Positions 1 to 10,000 of a stretch of 64,000 nucleotides of DNA are shown here, one piece after another. The stretch comes from Candidatus Delongbacteria bacterium (GTDB lineage Bacteria > CAIWAD01): contig OY760505.1 of assembly GCA_963663545.1 (NCBI GenBank), positions 2,432,001-2,496,000 of the forward strand. The letters run 5' to 3'. The translations under genes and the position numbers were made by a program. How positions within the stretch are numbered: position 1 is the stretch's first letter; the number at the start of each line of letters is the position of its first letter. The notes under the pieces were generated by a model. That model did no database searches. It was not told the DNA's origin and saw nothing but the letters and a program-made list of their open reading frames with translations.

Positions 1-23
1 CGGTTTTCACACTTTTGCGATCC

Positions 24-53
24 AGGGGGCGTTCCGCAGGGAGCGCCCCTTTT
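24..53 (+). terminator. Rho-independent terminator of an upstream gene outside the window
   Basis: Stem ggggcgttcc/ggagcgcccc, loop gcag, followed by tttt. Confidence 0.65.
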
Positions 54-160
54 GCACGGCGAACTTTTCCTGAACCTGTGATTTTTCTCTTGTCTCCAGC
101 TTCAATCTGTACCAGATTTGGCACACTCTACCGACCAAAGAAGGCAAGTAACAGTCCAAA

Positions 161-2140
161 TTGGCTGCAAGCGAATCCATATCCGCTCTGAGCAGCGTGC
201 AGGCCTATAGGGCCAGGCGCTACCGTGAGGCAATCAGGCTGTTTCCGGCAGACATCGAATCGTGCCGGGAACCGCAGCGTGCCGCGCGCCTATCGCTGCT
301 GTATGGCAACAGCTTGCTCGGCGAAGGCTTGAACCGCGAGGCGCGCGAGGTGTATTTCACCACCTATCGCCGCTGCCGGTTGGGCCAGTTTGTCGGCGAG
401 TTTCGCGATGTGGGTGCCAAAGCCCTGATGAACGCCGGTCTGGCCACCAAGAATTTGGGCGAATACGGACCGGCGATCCAGTTCTATCGAGAAGCGCTGC
501 GTAGCGGCCTGGTGGAGAAGCCGCTGGAGCGCGTTCAAGCGCGCAACCTGCTGGGAAGTTTGCTCACGCGTTTGGGCGAGTACGACGAGGCCCGACAGGA
601 GCTGCAGGATGCGCTGGGTGAGGCCCGTTTACTAGACGAAGAACTGCTGCGGTCGGACATTCACCTGAACCTGGCTGTGCTAGCCTTCCATCAGGGGAAT
701 CACGCCGTTTCAGAACAAGAGTTGAATAGCGCCCTGGAGGCGGCCGACGGTGATCCCGAGCGTCATCTGCGCGCCTGGGTCAACATGGGTACGCTGCTTA
801 TTGATCAGCATCACGCCTCCGGTGCCTGGGTGTACTTTGACAAGGCCGAAGACCTGGCCAGACGGACGGGGCGTCGTAAACATCTGCCTTTGGTTCTGGC
901 CAACAAAGCGCGTATTCGCCAACACGAGGGATTGTCCATCGAGGCGGTGCGTCTGGCTAGCGAAGCCATGCAGATCAACGAAGAGCTTCAACTCGAGGAT
1001 CAGTGGGTTCGTAGTTGCTGCCGCGAAGTGTTGGAAGAGAATGAGCGCGACGTAAAGGACAACTTCCGGCTGGCGGAAGTGCTCATTCGCAGCCACGACA
1101 TGATTGCGGTTTCCGAGCCGATGCGCCGCATCATACGCGATATCGAGGCGCTTTCGGCCAGTGATTTGCCCGTATTGGTGCTGGGTGAAACGGGAACGGG
1201 CAAGGAGTTGGTGGCGCGCGCGCTGCACAACGCTGGCCCCAGGCGTTCGGCGCCATTTGTTCCTGTCAACTGTCCGGCCATTCCGGATACGCTGTTTGAG
1301 AGCACGCTCTTTGGACACGTTCGCGGTGCCTTCACCGGTGCCGATCGCGATAGCCGCGGCCTGGTTGAACTGGCTGGCGATGGCACCATTTTCCTGGATG
1401 AAATTGGCGACTTGCCGCTGTCCATTCAGCCTAAACTATTGCGCTTTCTGGAAAACGGCGAGTTTCAGCCGATGGGTTCGAACGAGATTCGCTATGCCGG
1501 CGCGCGCATTGTTTCGGCGACGAATCGTGACCTGGTGCATCTGCGCGGGCAACAACAGTTCCGCGAAGATCTGTTGATGCGCATCAGCGCGTTTCGCATT
1601 GGCCTGCCGCCTCTGCGTGAGCGTCGCGAGGATGTGTATTTCATTGCCAGCGCGGTGCTTGAAGAGCAGAACCGACGTTACGGGTGTCACAAGACTCTTT
1701 CCGCATTGGCGCTGCAATTGCTGAATGAGTACCCTTTTCCCGGCAATGTTCGAGAGCTGCGAAACTGCATTCTGCGCGGTTTTCAGGTTGCCGATCGTTG
1801 TATCGAACCCGAGGCCCTTGGATTGCCCTTACATGGCACCCACAGTGTTGCCGTGCAACTGCAGAAGGGGCCGCAAGATGAACGCGATTGGCGCAGTGTG
1901 CTGGGGCGCGCGATGGAGCTGCCCGATGGGGTCAGCCTGGAGGAAGCTCTGAATGAAATGGAGCGACGGGTGATCTTGCAGGCGCTTGAACTTCGCCAAG
2001 GGGATCGCGAAATGGTTGCCGACGATTTGGGTTTGAGCTTCCGTGCCCTGAAATACAAGATTTCCAAGTATGGAATAAAATCACGCAAGCGCGTGAAGGA
2101 TCGCGGTTCGCGAACCGAAGAGCAGGAGACGCGAGAATGA
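161..2140 (+). CDS. Sigma54-dependent activator (bEBP) with N-terminal TPR repeats and C-terminal Fis-type HTH
   Basis: Walker A GETGTGKE, GAFTGA loop, Walker B IFLDEIGD, FPGNVREL, HTH ALELRQGDREMVADDLGLSFRALKYKI; about 290 aa of TPR-like helices; TTG start. Confidence 0.93.
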   Translation: MAASESISALSSVQAYRARRYREAIRLFPADIESCREPQRAARLSLLYGNSLLGEGLNREAREVYFTTYRRCRLGQFVGEFRDVGAKALMNAGLATKNLGEYGPAIQFYREALRSGLVEKPLERVQARNLLGSLLTRLGEYDEARQELQDALGEARLLDEELLRSDIHLNLAVLAFHQGNHAVSEQELNSALEAADGDPERHLRAWVNMGTLLIDQHHASGAWVYFDKAEDLARRTGRRKHLPLVLANKARIRQHEGLSIEAVRLASEAMQINEELQLEDQWVRSCCREVLEENERDVKDNFRLAEVLIRSHDMIAVSEPMRRIIRDIEALSASDLPVLVLGETGTGKELVARALHNAGPRRSAPFVPVNCPAIPDTLFESTLFGHVRGAFTGADRDSRGLVELAGDGTIFLDEIGDLPLSIQPKLLRFLENGEFQPMGSNEIRYAGARIVSATNRDLVHLRGQQQFREDLLMRISAFRIGLPPLRERREDVYFIASAVLEEQNRRYGCHKTLSALALQLLNEYPFPGNVRELRNCILRGFQVADRCIEPEALGLPLHGTHSVAVQLQKGPQDERDWRSVLGRAMELPDGVSLEEALNEMERRVILQALELRQGDREMVADDLGLSFRALKYKISKYGIKSRKRVKDRGSRTEEQETRE

Positions 2141-4917
2141 GGACAGGTTGGCCCCGGATCTGCGCACTTACACTGGCGCTATCGGCACCCGTCCTGGCCA
2201 GTGCGAGCAAGGCAACGCTGGGTGTGGATTTTCTTCAGCCCGAGGCCTGGAGCCTTCAATCCACCGCTCCCATGGAATTCTATGCCAGAATCGAATGCGG
2301 AGCCACGGACAGTTGGTTGCTAATGGATGATCTGGAGGGCGGTACTGTACTCGCTAGCGGTGTTGGTCCTCAAGATGGAACGCAGGCGATCTTTCAGGGC
2401 GCTTTTCAGCAGGGGCTACGCCGTTTCAGGCTGGATCTTGTTGCTGACGGTGAAGTGCTTTCGCGTCGGTTGAATTTTGCTGTTGCGGCTCCTCAGCTTC
2501 AGGGTTGGCCGTGGCAGCCGAATTCTGGCAGCAAACAGAGTACACTCCCCTTGCAGCCCGAGCTCATTGGCGAGAACCTGGTGTTCCCGGTGCGCAGCAT
2601 GAACGATAGCCTTGTAATGGTCGATCGCGTCTACAGCTTCCTGCCCGATGGTAGCCTGAATGCCGGTTATCCACTGGAACTTAGTGCTCAGGGGGAATCG
2701 CTGGAGATCTGTTCCCTTCCGCTTGCGGTTTCCGCCGATGAATCGGCCTTCTTGCTGCAGTGTAAAAGTGGTCTTGTGATACACCAGGGCGCGGTACGAC
2801 TGCAGCATCCGGCAACGGGATGGGTCAGTACGCCGCCGATTTCCTATGCCACAGCCGAGGGCGTGCGCTTTTACAGCATTTCGGGAGATGAGAATCAACG
2901 CCTGCTTCAGGAATTCAATTCTGAACTCGTCTTGTTGCGTAGCTGCGCGCTCCCTGAAGGCACACCAATTTCAGGTCAACCTCTTGTGCTGGCTGATCTG
3001 GAATCCGACGGACAGTCGGATCTTGTGTTGGCCTTGAATGACGCAGTGACACCAAGTTGCACCTTGTACCGCATCGGCTTGCAGGATTTTACCTGTACTC
3101 CAATGTTCAGCGTGGAGATGCTGCTGAAGGGAGTCATGGCTGGTGAGCTTAACAACGACTGGTTCTCCGATCTCGTTCTGATCGGTTATACCAGTGTGCT
3201 GGTCGTGGACCCTAGTGGTACAGAGCTGGCGCAATGCAGTGGTCTCTACAAAACCGGCCCGGCTACTCTCGTTGGCGGAGCGACAGGCCACTCCCAACGC
3301 GTGCTTTTTACCGAAGTCAACTTGGTGGATGAGTGCTATCTGCGCGTGCTACGCAGCGATGGCGTAGTCGATCCGCTGGATGGCATTCTGCTGGGTACGC
3401 ACATGGAATGCCACCATGGGCCGATGTATGCCGATGTGGATGGCGATGGTCGCAGGGAGATCCTGTTGGCCCTGGAGGACCAGACAACCGCCGACAGCTT
3501 CACGCGCGTTGCTGTTGTGGATCCCGTCGATGGGCTTCAGGACAGCGAATGGTTCATGCCCGGTTGCTGCCTGAAGGCGCCGCTGCTTTGCGATCTGAAT
3601 CACGATGGCTTGCTGGACTTTGTTCTCGCGGATGACCGCGGCACGCTGGCTGTCTGGCCGACCTTGGCTGATGAAGCCAATCCGCCGCATGCGCTGGGCA
3701 ATTCGCGTCATAATGGCAGCTGGCTGCAAGTGACGGAGCAGAGCTCGCTACCGGAAGTGCTTGAAGGATCCTGGGCCTGGAGCGGTGTACGTGCACTTTG
3801 CGATGGCGGCCTTTGCCGCAATTTCACGCTACTTGCTGGCGAGTTGTCCCTAGCGCAAAACCACCAACTAGAGGGTGCGCTGAGTATTGGCGGCGACGCG
3901 ACGCTACGAGTTTACAATTCAGCTGAGTTGAGCCTACCTGCAGGAATCGCCCTTGATGTGGCGGGAACACTGTGCTTGCAGGGCACCGGTTACCAATTGG
4001 GGCAGCTTCCCTCCGGAACGACGCGTCTGGCTTCTGCGCTGAATGCCATGAATCTGCAATTCCGGGCCGGGGCCACTTTCCGAAGCCAGGATTGTATTCT
4101 TGTTGGCCTTGAGCGTGACATCGTTTTGGAAAATGCCAACCTCCAGTTGGTGCAAACCTGGCTGGAAGGCGAAAGCCACATTCAACTCCGCGGCACGCAA
4201 GCCTTTATCCAGCACAGTCTGCTGCAGCTGAGGCGCGACATGGTCGATGCTCGTGAGGGTAGTCGACTGACCATTGAGACGAGCGTGCTGACCTGCGGAG
4301 AAGGTGTGGCTGTTTCCAGCCGAGATGGTGCGCTACAGCTTTCCGAGTGCACACTGCTGACTTCCGATTGCGGTGTCGAAACAGGTGGAAGCGGCAGCGT
4401 TTTGCTCATTGGTTGCCACTTCCAGGGCAATGATGTGGATTTGCGGGTTCTGGATCATGCTGCGCAAATCTCCATGCGCGATTGCGATTTCATTGAGGCT
4501 TTTGACGTTGCTGTGGACAACCGTGACCTCGAGGATTCGGTTATGGCGTCGCAGTGCTATTGGCAGTGCGAAGTGCCCTCGTCCGGTAACGTTCAGCGCT
4601 TGTCGCCTCTGGAGGAACCGCATCAGCTTCTGGCCGTGCCCAGTACTGTTTCCGATGTCGGCACAGGACCGATGGTGGACGGCGACGAGCCCTTGGAATG
4701 GGATCCGGTCAATTTCTCTGTCGGCGGCATTCCCTTGCGCGTAAGCTACCGCGTTTACCGCAGCAGCGACGCTTATGATGTGGTGAGCCCTGAAAATCTG
4801 CTGGCCGAAGTAACGGTCCCCTTCTATCATGATCGCCAGCGTCCGCCGCGTGCATTCTACTGTGTTACGGCGGTCGTCGGCTATGTCAGCGACGAAGCGC
4901 AAGGACAGGGAAACTGA
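2137..4917 (+). CDS. Secreted protein with FG-GAP/VCBS-like repeats, a beta-helix region and an FN3-like C-terminal domain
   Basis: Signal peptide; repeats ADLESDGQSDLV, GELNNDWFSDLV, ADVDGDGRREIL, CDLNHDGLLDFV; ATGA overlap with the activator gene. Confidence 0.75.
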   Translation: MRTGWPRICALTLALSAPVLASASKATLGVDFLQPEAWSLQSTAPMEFYARIECGATDSWLLMDDLEGGTVLASGVGPQDGTQAIFQGAFQQGLRRFRLDLVADGEVLSRRLNFAVAAPQLQGWPWQPNSGSKQSTLPLQPELIGENLVFPVRSMNDSLVMVDRVYSFLPDGSLNAGYPLELSAQGESLEICSLPLAVSADESAFLLQCKSGLVIHQGAVRLQHPATGWVSTPPISYATAEGVRFYSISGDENQRLLQEFNSELVLLRSCALPEGTPISGQPLVLADLESDGQSDLVLALNDAVTPSCTLYRIGLQDFTCTPMFSVEMLLKGVMAGELNNDWFSDLVLIGYTSVLVVDPSGTELAQCSGLYKTGPATLVGGATGHSQRVLFTEVNLVDECYLRVLRSDGVVDPLDGILLGTHMECHHGPMYADVDGDGRREILLALEDQTTADSFTRVAVVDPVDGLQDSEWFMPGCCLKAPLLCDLNHDGLLDFVLADDRGTLAVWPTLADEANPPHALGNSRHNGSWLQVTEQSSLPEVLEGSWAWSGVRALCDGGLCRNFTLLAGELSLAQNHQLEGALSIGGDATLRVYNSAELSLPAGIALDVAGTLCLQGTGYQLGQLPSGTTRLASALNAMNLQFRAGATFRSQDCILVGLERDIVLENANLQLVQTWLEGESHIQLRGTQAFIQHSLLQLRRDMVDAREGSRLTIETSVLTCGEGVAVSSRDGALQLSECTLLTSDCGVETGGSGSVLLIGCHFQGNDVDLRVLDHAAQISMRDCDFIEAFDVAVDNRDLEDSVMASQCYWQCEVPSSGNVQRLSPLEEPHQLLAVPSTVSDVGTGPMVDGDEPLEWDPVNFSVGGIPLRVSYRVYRSSDAYDVVSPENLLAEVTVPFYHDRQRPPRAFYCVTAVVGYVSDEAQGQGN

Positions 4918-4930
4918 CAGCTTATCGAGC

Positions 4931-4963
4931 AAAAAATGAGGGGCGGATCAACCGCCCCTTTTT
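4931..4963. terminator. Bidirectional terminator between convergent genes
   Basis: A-run, aggggcgg/ccgcccct stem, T-run. Confidence 0.75.
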
Positions 4964-4982
4964 GTTCTGATGGTGGTTCGGA

Positions 4983-6479
4983 CTAGCCTTCCAGGTTACG
5001 TCCGAAACGCCGTGTCAGCGCGCTTAGCTCACGGGCCAGTCGCTTCTTGGGATAGCGACCACTCATGCGCCAAGCCCAGTTGCCAGCCGTTGTGCCGGGC
5101 GTATTCATGCGTCCGCTACCGTCCAGATTCAGCAGATCCTGCATTGGAACTACGGCCCAGTTCGCACTGCTGCGCCAGATGGCTTCGACCGAAGCCCAAG
5201 CGAAGTCTTCTTCGCGCGTTATGCCAAGGTAATCGAACATGCGGTTTCGTATTGATCCGGCACCCTCTTCACGAATGAAGCCACGCATTGTGTTGTTGTC
5301 GTGCGTACCCGTGTAGGCGATACAATGGCGCGAGTAGTTGTGCGGCAAGAAGGGGTCGCGTCCGTCGCTAAAGAAGCCGAACTGGAAAACGCGCATACCA
5401 GGGAGATTGAAATCGTCGCGCAGGGCTTCCACTTCAGGCGTGATCACGCCCAGGTCCTCGGCGATCAGGCGCAGTTCAGGTAACTGATGCTGAAGCACTT
5501 GAAAGAGCTCACGTCCCGGAGTGGGTGCCCAAACACCATGCTCCGCGGTCTTTGCATCACCGGGAACCTCCCAGGCCGACTCAAAGCCACGGAAATGGTC
5601 AACTCGCACAACGTCCACTTGGCGCATCATGCGTGAGAAACGACTACGCCACCACCAGAAATTGTCGGCGCGCATCGCCTCCCAATTGTAGTGGGGATTT
5701 CCCCAGAGTTGACCGGTTTTGCTGAAATAGTCCGGCGGTACGCCCGCGACCACTTCGGGATGACCATCTTCACTTACGCGAAAGAAGTGGCGCCAGGCCC
5801 AGACATCGGCGGAGTCGAAGGAGACGAAAATGGGCATGTCGCCGATGATCAGAATTCCACGCTCAGCGGCTGCATCTCGGACCTGCTGCCACTGCTTGTC
5901 GAAGGCGTACTGGATGAACTTGTGAAAAAGCACACGCTCCTGGAGCTCTTCGTTGATGGCACGCAGTGCGGCTTCGTCGTGGCGTCGGTACTCCTCTGGC
6001 CACTCCCTCCAGGGCTTGCCGTCAAACTTCTCCTTGAGCGTGGCAAACAGGGCGTAATCATGCAGCCACCATCCCTCGCGGGTGTAGTAGTCTTCAAACT
6101 CATCCCTGAATCGCTCGGCTTGCCCCTGCTGAAAATTGCGCCAGGCTTCTTCCAGCAGTTCCCGCTTGGCTTCACGCACGGGGTCGTACTCCACCAGCCT
6201 ACCAGCCGGTGTTTTACGCAGGGACGATTCGGGCACAAAGCCGTGGTCGGCAAACCACTCCGGATCGAGGAGCAGCTCGTTGCCAGCAAAGGCCGAATAG
6301 CACTGGTAGGGTGAGTCGGCATAACCGGTTGGGCCCAGAGGCAGGATTTGCCACAGCCCCTGGTCAGCCTCGTGCAGAAAGTCAAGAAAATCCACCGCCA
6401 TACGGCCCAAGTCGCCAATTCCGTAAGGAGAAGGCAGGCTCGTGGGGTGGAGCAGAATACCAGATCTTCTTTTATCCAT
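4983..6479 (-). CDS. malQ: 4-alpha-glucanotransferase (amylomaltase, GH77)
   Basis: GILLHPTSLP, WQILPL, GVPPDYFS, RVDHFRGF, IAEDLG, YTGTHDN, MNTPG; start MDKRRSG at 6479. Confidence 0.96.
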   Translation of the reverse strand: MDKRRSGILLHPTSLPSPYGIGDLGRMAVDFLDFLHEADQGLWQILPLGPTGYADSPYQCYSAFAGNELLLDPEWFADHGFVPESSLRKTPAGRLVEYDPVREAKRELLEEAWRNFQQGQAERFRDEFEDYYTREGWWLHDYALFATLKEKFDGKPWREWPEEYRRHDEAALRAINEELQERVLFHKFIQYAFDKQWQQVRDAAAERGILIIGDMPIFVSFDSADVWAWRHFFRVSEDGHPEVVAGVPPDYFSKTGQLWGNPHYNWEAMRADNFWWWRSRFSRMMRQVDVVRVDHFRGFESAWEVPGDAKTAEHGVWAPTPGRELFQVLQHQLPELRLIAEDLGVITPEVEALRDDFNLPGMRVFQFGFFSDGRDPFLPHNYSRHCIAYTGTHDNNTMRGFIREEGAGSIRNRMFDYLGITREEDFAWASVEAIWRSSANWAVVPMQDLLNLDGSGRMNTPGTTAGNWAWRMSGRYPKKRLARELSALTRRFGRNLEG

Positions 6480-6704
6480 ACGTGCAAATATAAATTGTGT
6501 AACAGGAAAATAGTAGCACACGTGCCAGCCAAGTGCGCAAGAGCGGACATGAAATGCGCTTTTTCCTGAATTGGAGTCAGGAATGGACAAAAGTCCAAAA
6601 CTTGTCTCTAGAATTGGAGCCTATATTGTCCATTTATGTGATTGGGAGACCCGTTGATTCTGCTAACTCATGAATAAACAGGTATGGTCCTCTTGCGTCA
6701 AGGT

Positions 6705-6720
6705 TGGCCCGTTTCTTGTA
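6705..6720 (+). promoter_or_regulatory. Putative sigma54 -24/-12 promoter (near-consensus) upstream of the candidate sRNA
   Basis: TGGCCC-GTTTC-TTGT versus consensus TGGCAC-N5-TTGC. Confidence 0.5.
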
Positions 6721-6730
6721 ATCACCTGCG

Positions 6731-6897
6731 TGTTCCGAGTCAATCGGACTGTTTTGCTTCTCCTTCATTTGGTTGGGCATGGCGTTTCGGGGCACTCCCC
6801 TTTAGCTCCGTCAACAACGCCACGTTTTGTCGGCGCCAGTCGACATGCAATAGTTCCGGACTTCGCCCCGGGCCCCGTGGTCCGGGGCATCTTTTTT
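6731..6897 (+). ncRNA. Candidate structured small RNA (~165 nt)
   Basis: Three predicted hairpins and an intrinsic terminator, with no credible ORF, downstream of a sigma54-like promoter. Confidence 0.5.
6865..6897 (+). terminator. Rho-independent terminator
   Basis: gccccgggcc-ccgt-ggtccggggc followed by atctttttt. Confidence 0.8.
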
Positions 6898-7004
6898 CCC
6901 CATGGGAACAAGCTGCCCAGCGCCTATCCCAAGTGCCTGGTGTCCGATTTCTTGAACTTCTGAAATTCCATACTCTTGCTTAGGCGATATGCCAAATGTT
7001 GAGC

Positions 7005-7019
7005 TGGCACGCCACTTGC
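7005..7019 (+). promoter_or_regulatory. Sigma54 -24/-12 promoter
   Basis: Exact consensus TGGCAC-GCCAC-TTGC. Confidence 0.75.
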
Positions 7020-7032
7020 CATGAGCCGCTGC

Positions 7033-10000
7033 ATGAAAACTCTCATTCTGATCTTGCAGCTTTTCGCGGCTACACTTCTGCACGCAGAAGTGGCTGATAT
7101 CTGGATGACAAATCTTCAGAACGAGGACACCGTCACGGTGCAGATTGGCAGCGAGATGGAGTTTCTGGTTCGAATCAACACTTATGCCACGCGCATCTCC
7201 GGATTCCAGTGCTTTCTTGAGTTTCCCGAGGAACTCATGGAGCCGATTCCCTATTCGGCAGACGCGAACGGCTGGCTGTATGACATGGCCATTTTCCCGG
7301 GTATTGTGATCTTTGCCGACAATCACGACGATCGCATCGGTTATCTACCGGACTATCAGCTTGATTGGTGCTACCAATCGGGCTATGTCAACCAGGAAGG
7401 TCGTCCCACGTTCTTGGCCAATGGCACCGCCTGCAAGTTCCGTCTACGCTTTCTGCAGCCTGTTGACCGGCAGGTGATTTCCTTCATTCACAGCAATGGC
7501 ACTTTTCGTAACACGATCTATTGGGCTGATGAATCGGCCGAGGAGCATCGCTTCAATGTGGAGCGCCCGCTGGTAATCAAGGTGGTCGGTCTGAGCTTCG
7601 GACCGTTGCCCGATGTGTATCTCACGTCAGCTGAACCCGAAGATTCCTTGAACCTGTACGAATTCTTGCCCGAGATCGAAGGCTATCCCGACAGCTCCTA
7701 CACATTCAGCTGGCGTTTCATCGGTGGGCAGCGAGTTTGCACAATCGACACCTTACGCCGCGATGACGGTTTCTGGATGTATTACGCAGATAATGGCGAC
7801 TCGGAGCGTAGCGTCGATCTGCGTATCACGGCCTCATCAAACAACCTCAGTGCAACGGACACGATGAGTGTATTCAAAGGCGAGCCGCCGGTGCTCTCGG
7901 ACACGATGAGCACATCGGATCCCTTTCTCGAGTTTAACGAGGATGAGTGCGAAACCATTGACTTGGATGACTACGTCTTCGATCTGGATGATCCGGACGA
8001 GGACCTCGAATGGGAGCTGTTGAATCCGGAAACCATTGTACAGATGGATCTTAATGTGGACCATTTGGCCACTTTCTGCGGACCTCAGGACTGGAACGGG
8101 CGTGATACACTGTGTCTTGTCGTACGTGACCCTGGTGGTATGGCAGACACTGCGTGTGTCATCATCAATGTCCTGCCGGTAAACGATGAACCCAGGTTGA
8201 TGTTGCCCGATACAATGCGCATTCATCCGGACGCCGTCTACACACTGGCGCTGGATTCCTTGACCTACGATCCGGATCACGACGACAGCGAACTGACATG
8301 GTTATGCACCAACGATACCAGTCTGGTAGCGCTGCGCCTGTTTCCAGACGACTACCGTCTTGAATTGGAAGTACAGGAAGGTACGCCCTTGTGGAGCGAG
8401 GTCAGTTTTGTAGTGACCGCAGCTGATCCTACTCCTGCCTTCGGACGTGATACAATGCTGGTAATTGTGACCAGCTATCCACCGGTCTGGACGAATATGT
8501 CGGACGTTGTATTGAACAATGGTGCTACACAAACGCGTTCGCTGAATGAGTACGTTGAGGACCTGGATGATGACGACAACACACTTGTGTTCAGCTGCTG
8601 GGGCAACCAGCGGACGAATATCAGCATTGATGCCGGTTCGCATGTAGCACAGTTCAGTGCCCCGGCAGGATGGCAGGGCGTCGAGCGTGTTTACTTCCGT
8701 GTTACAGACCCCGGTGGAGAATTTGATATCGATACTATCGCAGTGGCTTCTCTGCTGGGAGGGAGCCCACTGGCCGGCCTTGTGCCGGACCTGATCATGT
8801 TGCCTTCTGCCACGGACAACAGTATCTGGCTGAATCAGTGTGTGTGGGATCTGGACTCCCCTATTTCGGCCATGTCGTGGCAGGTAGACCACCAATCGCT
8901 GTTTACAGCAACAATCCAACCCAATACGAATGTAAACGTACACGCTCCGGCGGCCATGGGTACCGTTGATCGCCCCTACTGGACGGTTACGGACCCTGAT
9001 GGCCATACGGCCACAACCAGTTCAATCTTTGCAGTAATCGATACAACTGGCGTTCCCGTAGTCTTTCCCTTTGAGGAAATCTGGATGACTACGTCCAGCA
9101 TAGATACAAGCATCTGCCTGGACGACTATGTCGTCGATTGGGATCACACACCGCAGCAGATTAGCTGGAGCACACAGGCTGCCACTTTGTTTACATCATC
9201 CGTGCGTGCATCGGATCGCGTTCTTGTGATACAAAGTGGATCCCTTGATGGCGATGAGAATCTACTGCTCACAGCGACCGATCCCGTAGGAAACACATGC
9301 AATGGCAGCGTTCTGGTCCACGTTAGTGAGGGCCATCCGCCGATAGTCAGCGAGTTCCCGCCGCGATACATCATCGCGGGTCAAACGAAGACGATTTACG
9401 AGATGGAGAACTACGTCTTTGATCAGGACCTGAATGAAGTCATTACGTGGAGTTTTCTTGATCCGACCGATTCGCCGGTAACAGCTGTGTATTACGCCGA
9501 TGGCGATAGTGCTGTGATCGTGACCGACGCATCATACACGGGTGAAGACGATTTGATTGCTGTAGCCACCGATCGTGATAACATGTCGGATATGGCAGCT
9601 ATCCGTGTTACGTCATTGGAAAATCGTTCCCCCGTGTTACAATCTGGCGTCTTAGCCAATTCTGCTGAGCCCGGTATTGTGGACATGGTCGTGGTCAGCA
9701 ACGAGGCCTTGCGCAGTCTTGAAGCCTATCGAGTTAGTGATGGTGCCAGCATAACCTTTCGTCGACTCACGGTGCTTGATGATGCCGTTGAGCTGCGACG
9801 GGCAGACTATCAGCCAGATGATGTAGGTGATACAATCGTGGTTGTGGCCACCGATTTACCCGGTTTCACGATGGTCTCCGGCAATGTTGCAGCAGACTCG
9901 ATAATCTTCAGCTCGGGAAGTCTGAGTTCGACTGGTGACGGCTTGGTATCACCCGACGGTCTGCTGCGAATCAGCAGTACCGGAAACGGGGATTCGCGCT

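Noticed and set aside
119..133. TGGCAC upstream of the activator as a sigma54 promoter
   Set aside because: No TTGC at the required spacing (ACCG instead)
6513..6527. Minus-strand TGGCACGTGTGCTAC upstream of malQ as a sigma54 promoter
   Set aside because: The -12 element reads CTAC and lacks the conserved GC
6670..6983. 97-aa and 99-aa ORFs in the intergenic region
   Set aside because: Both run through a strong terminator, have atypical composition and lack a clear RBS
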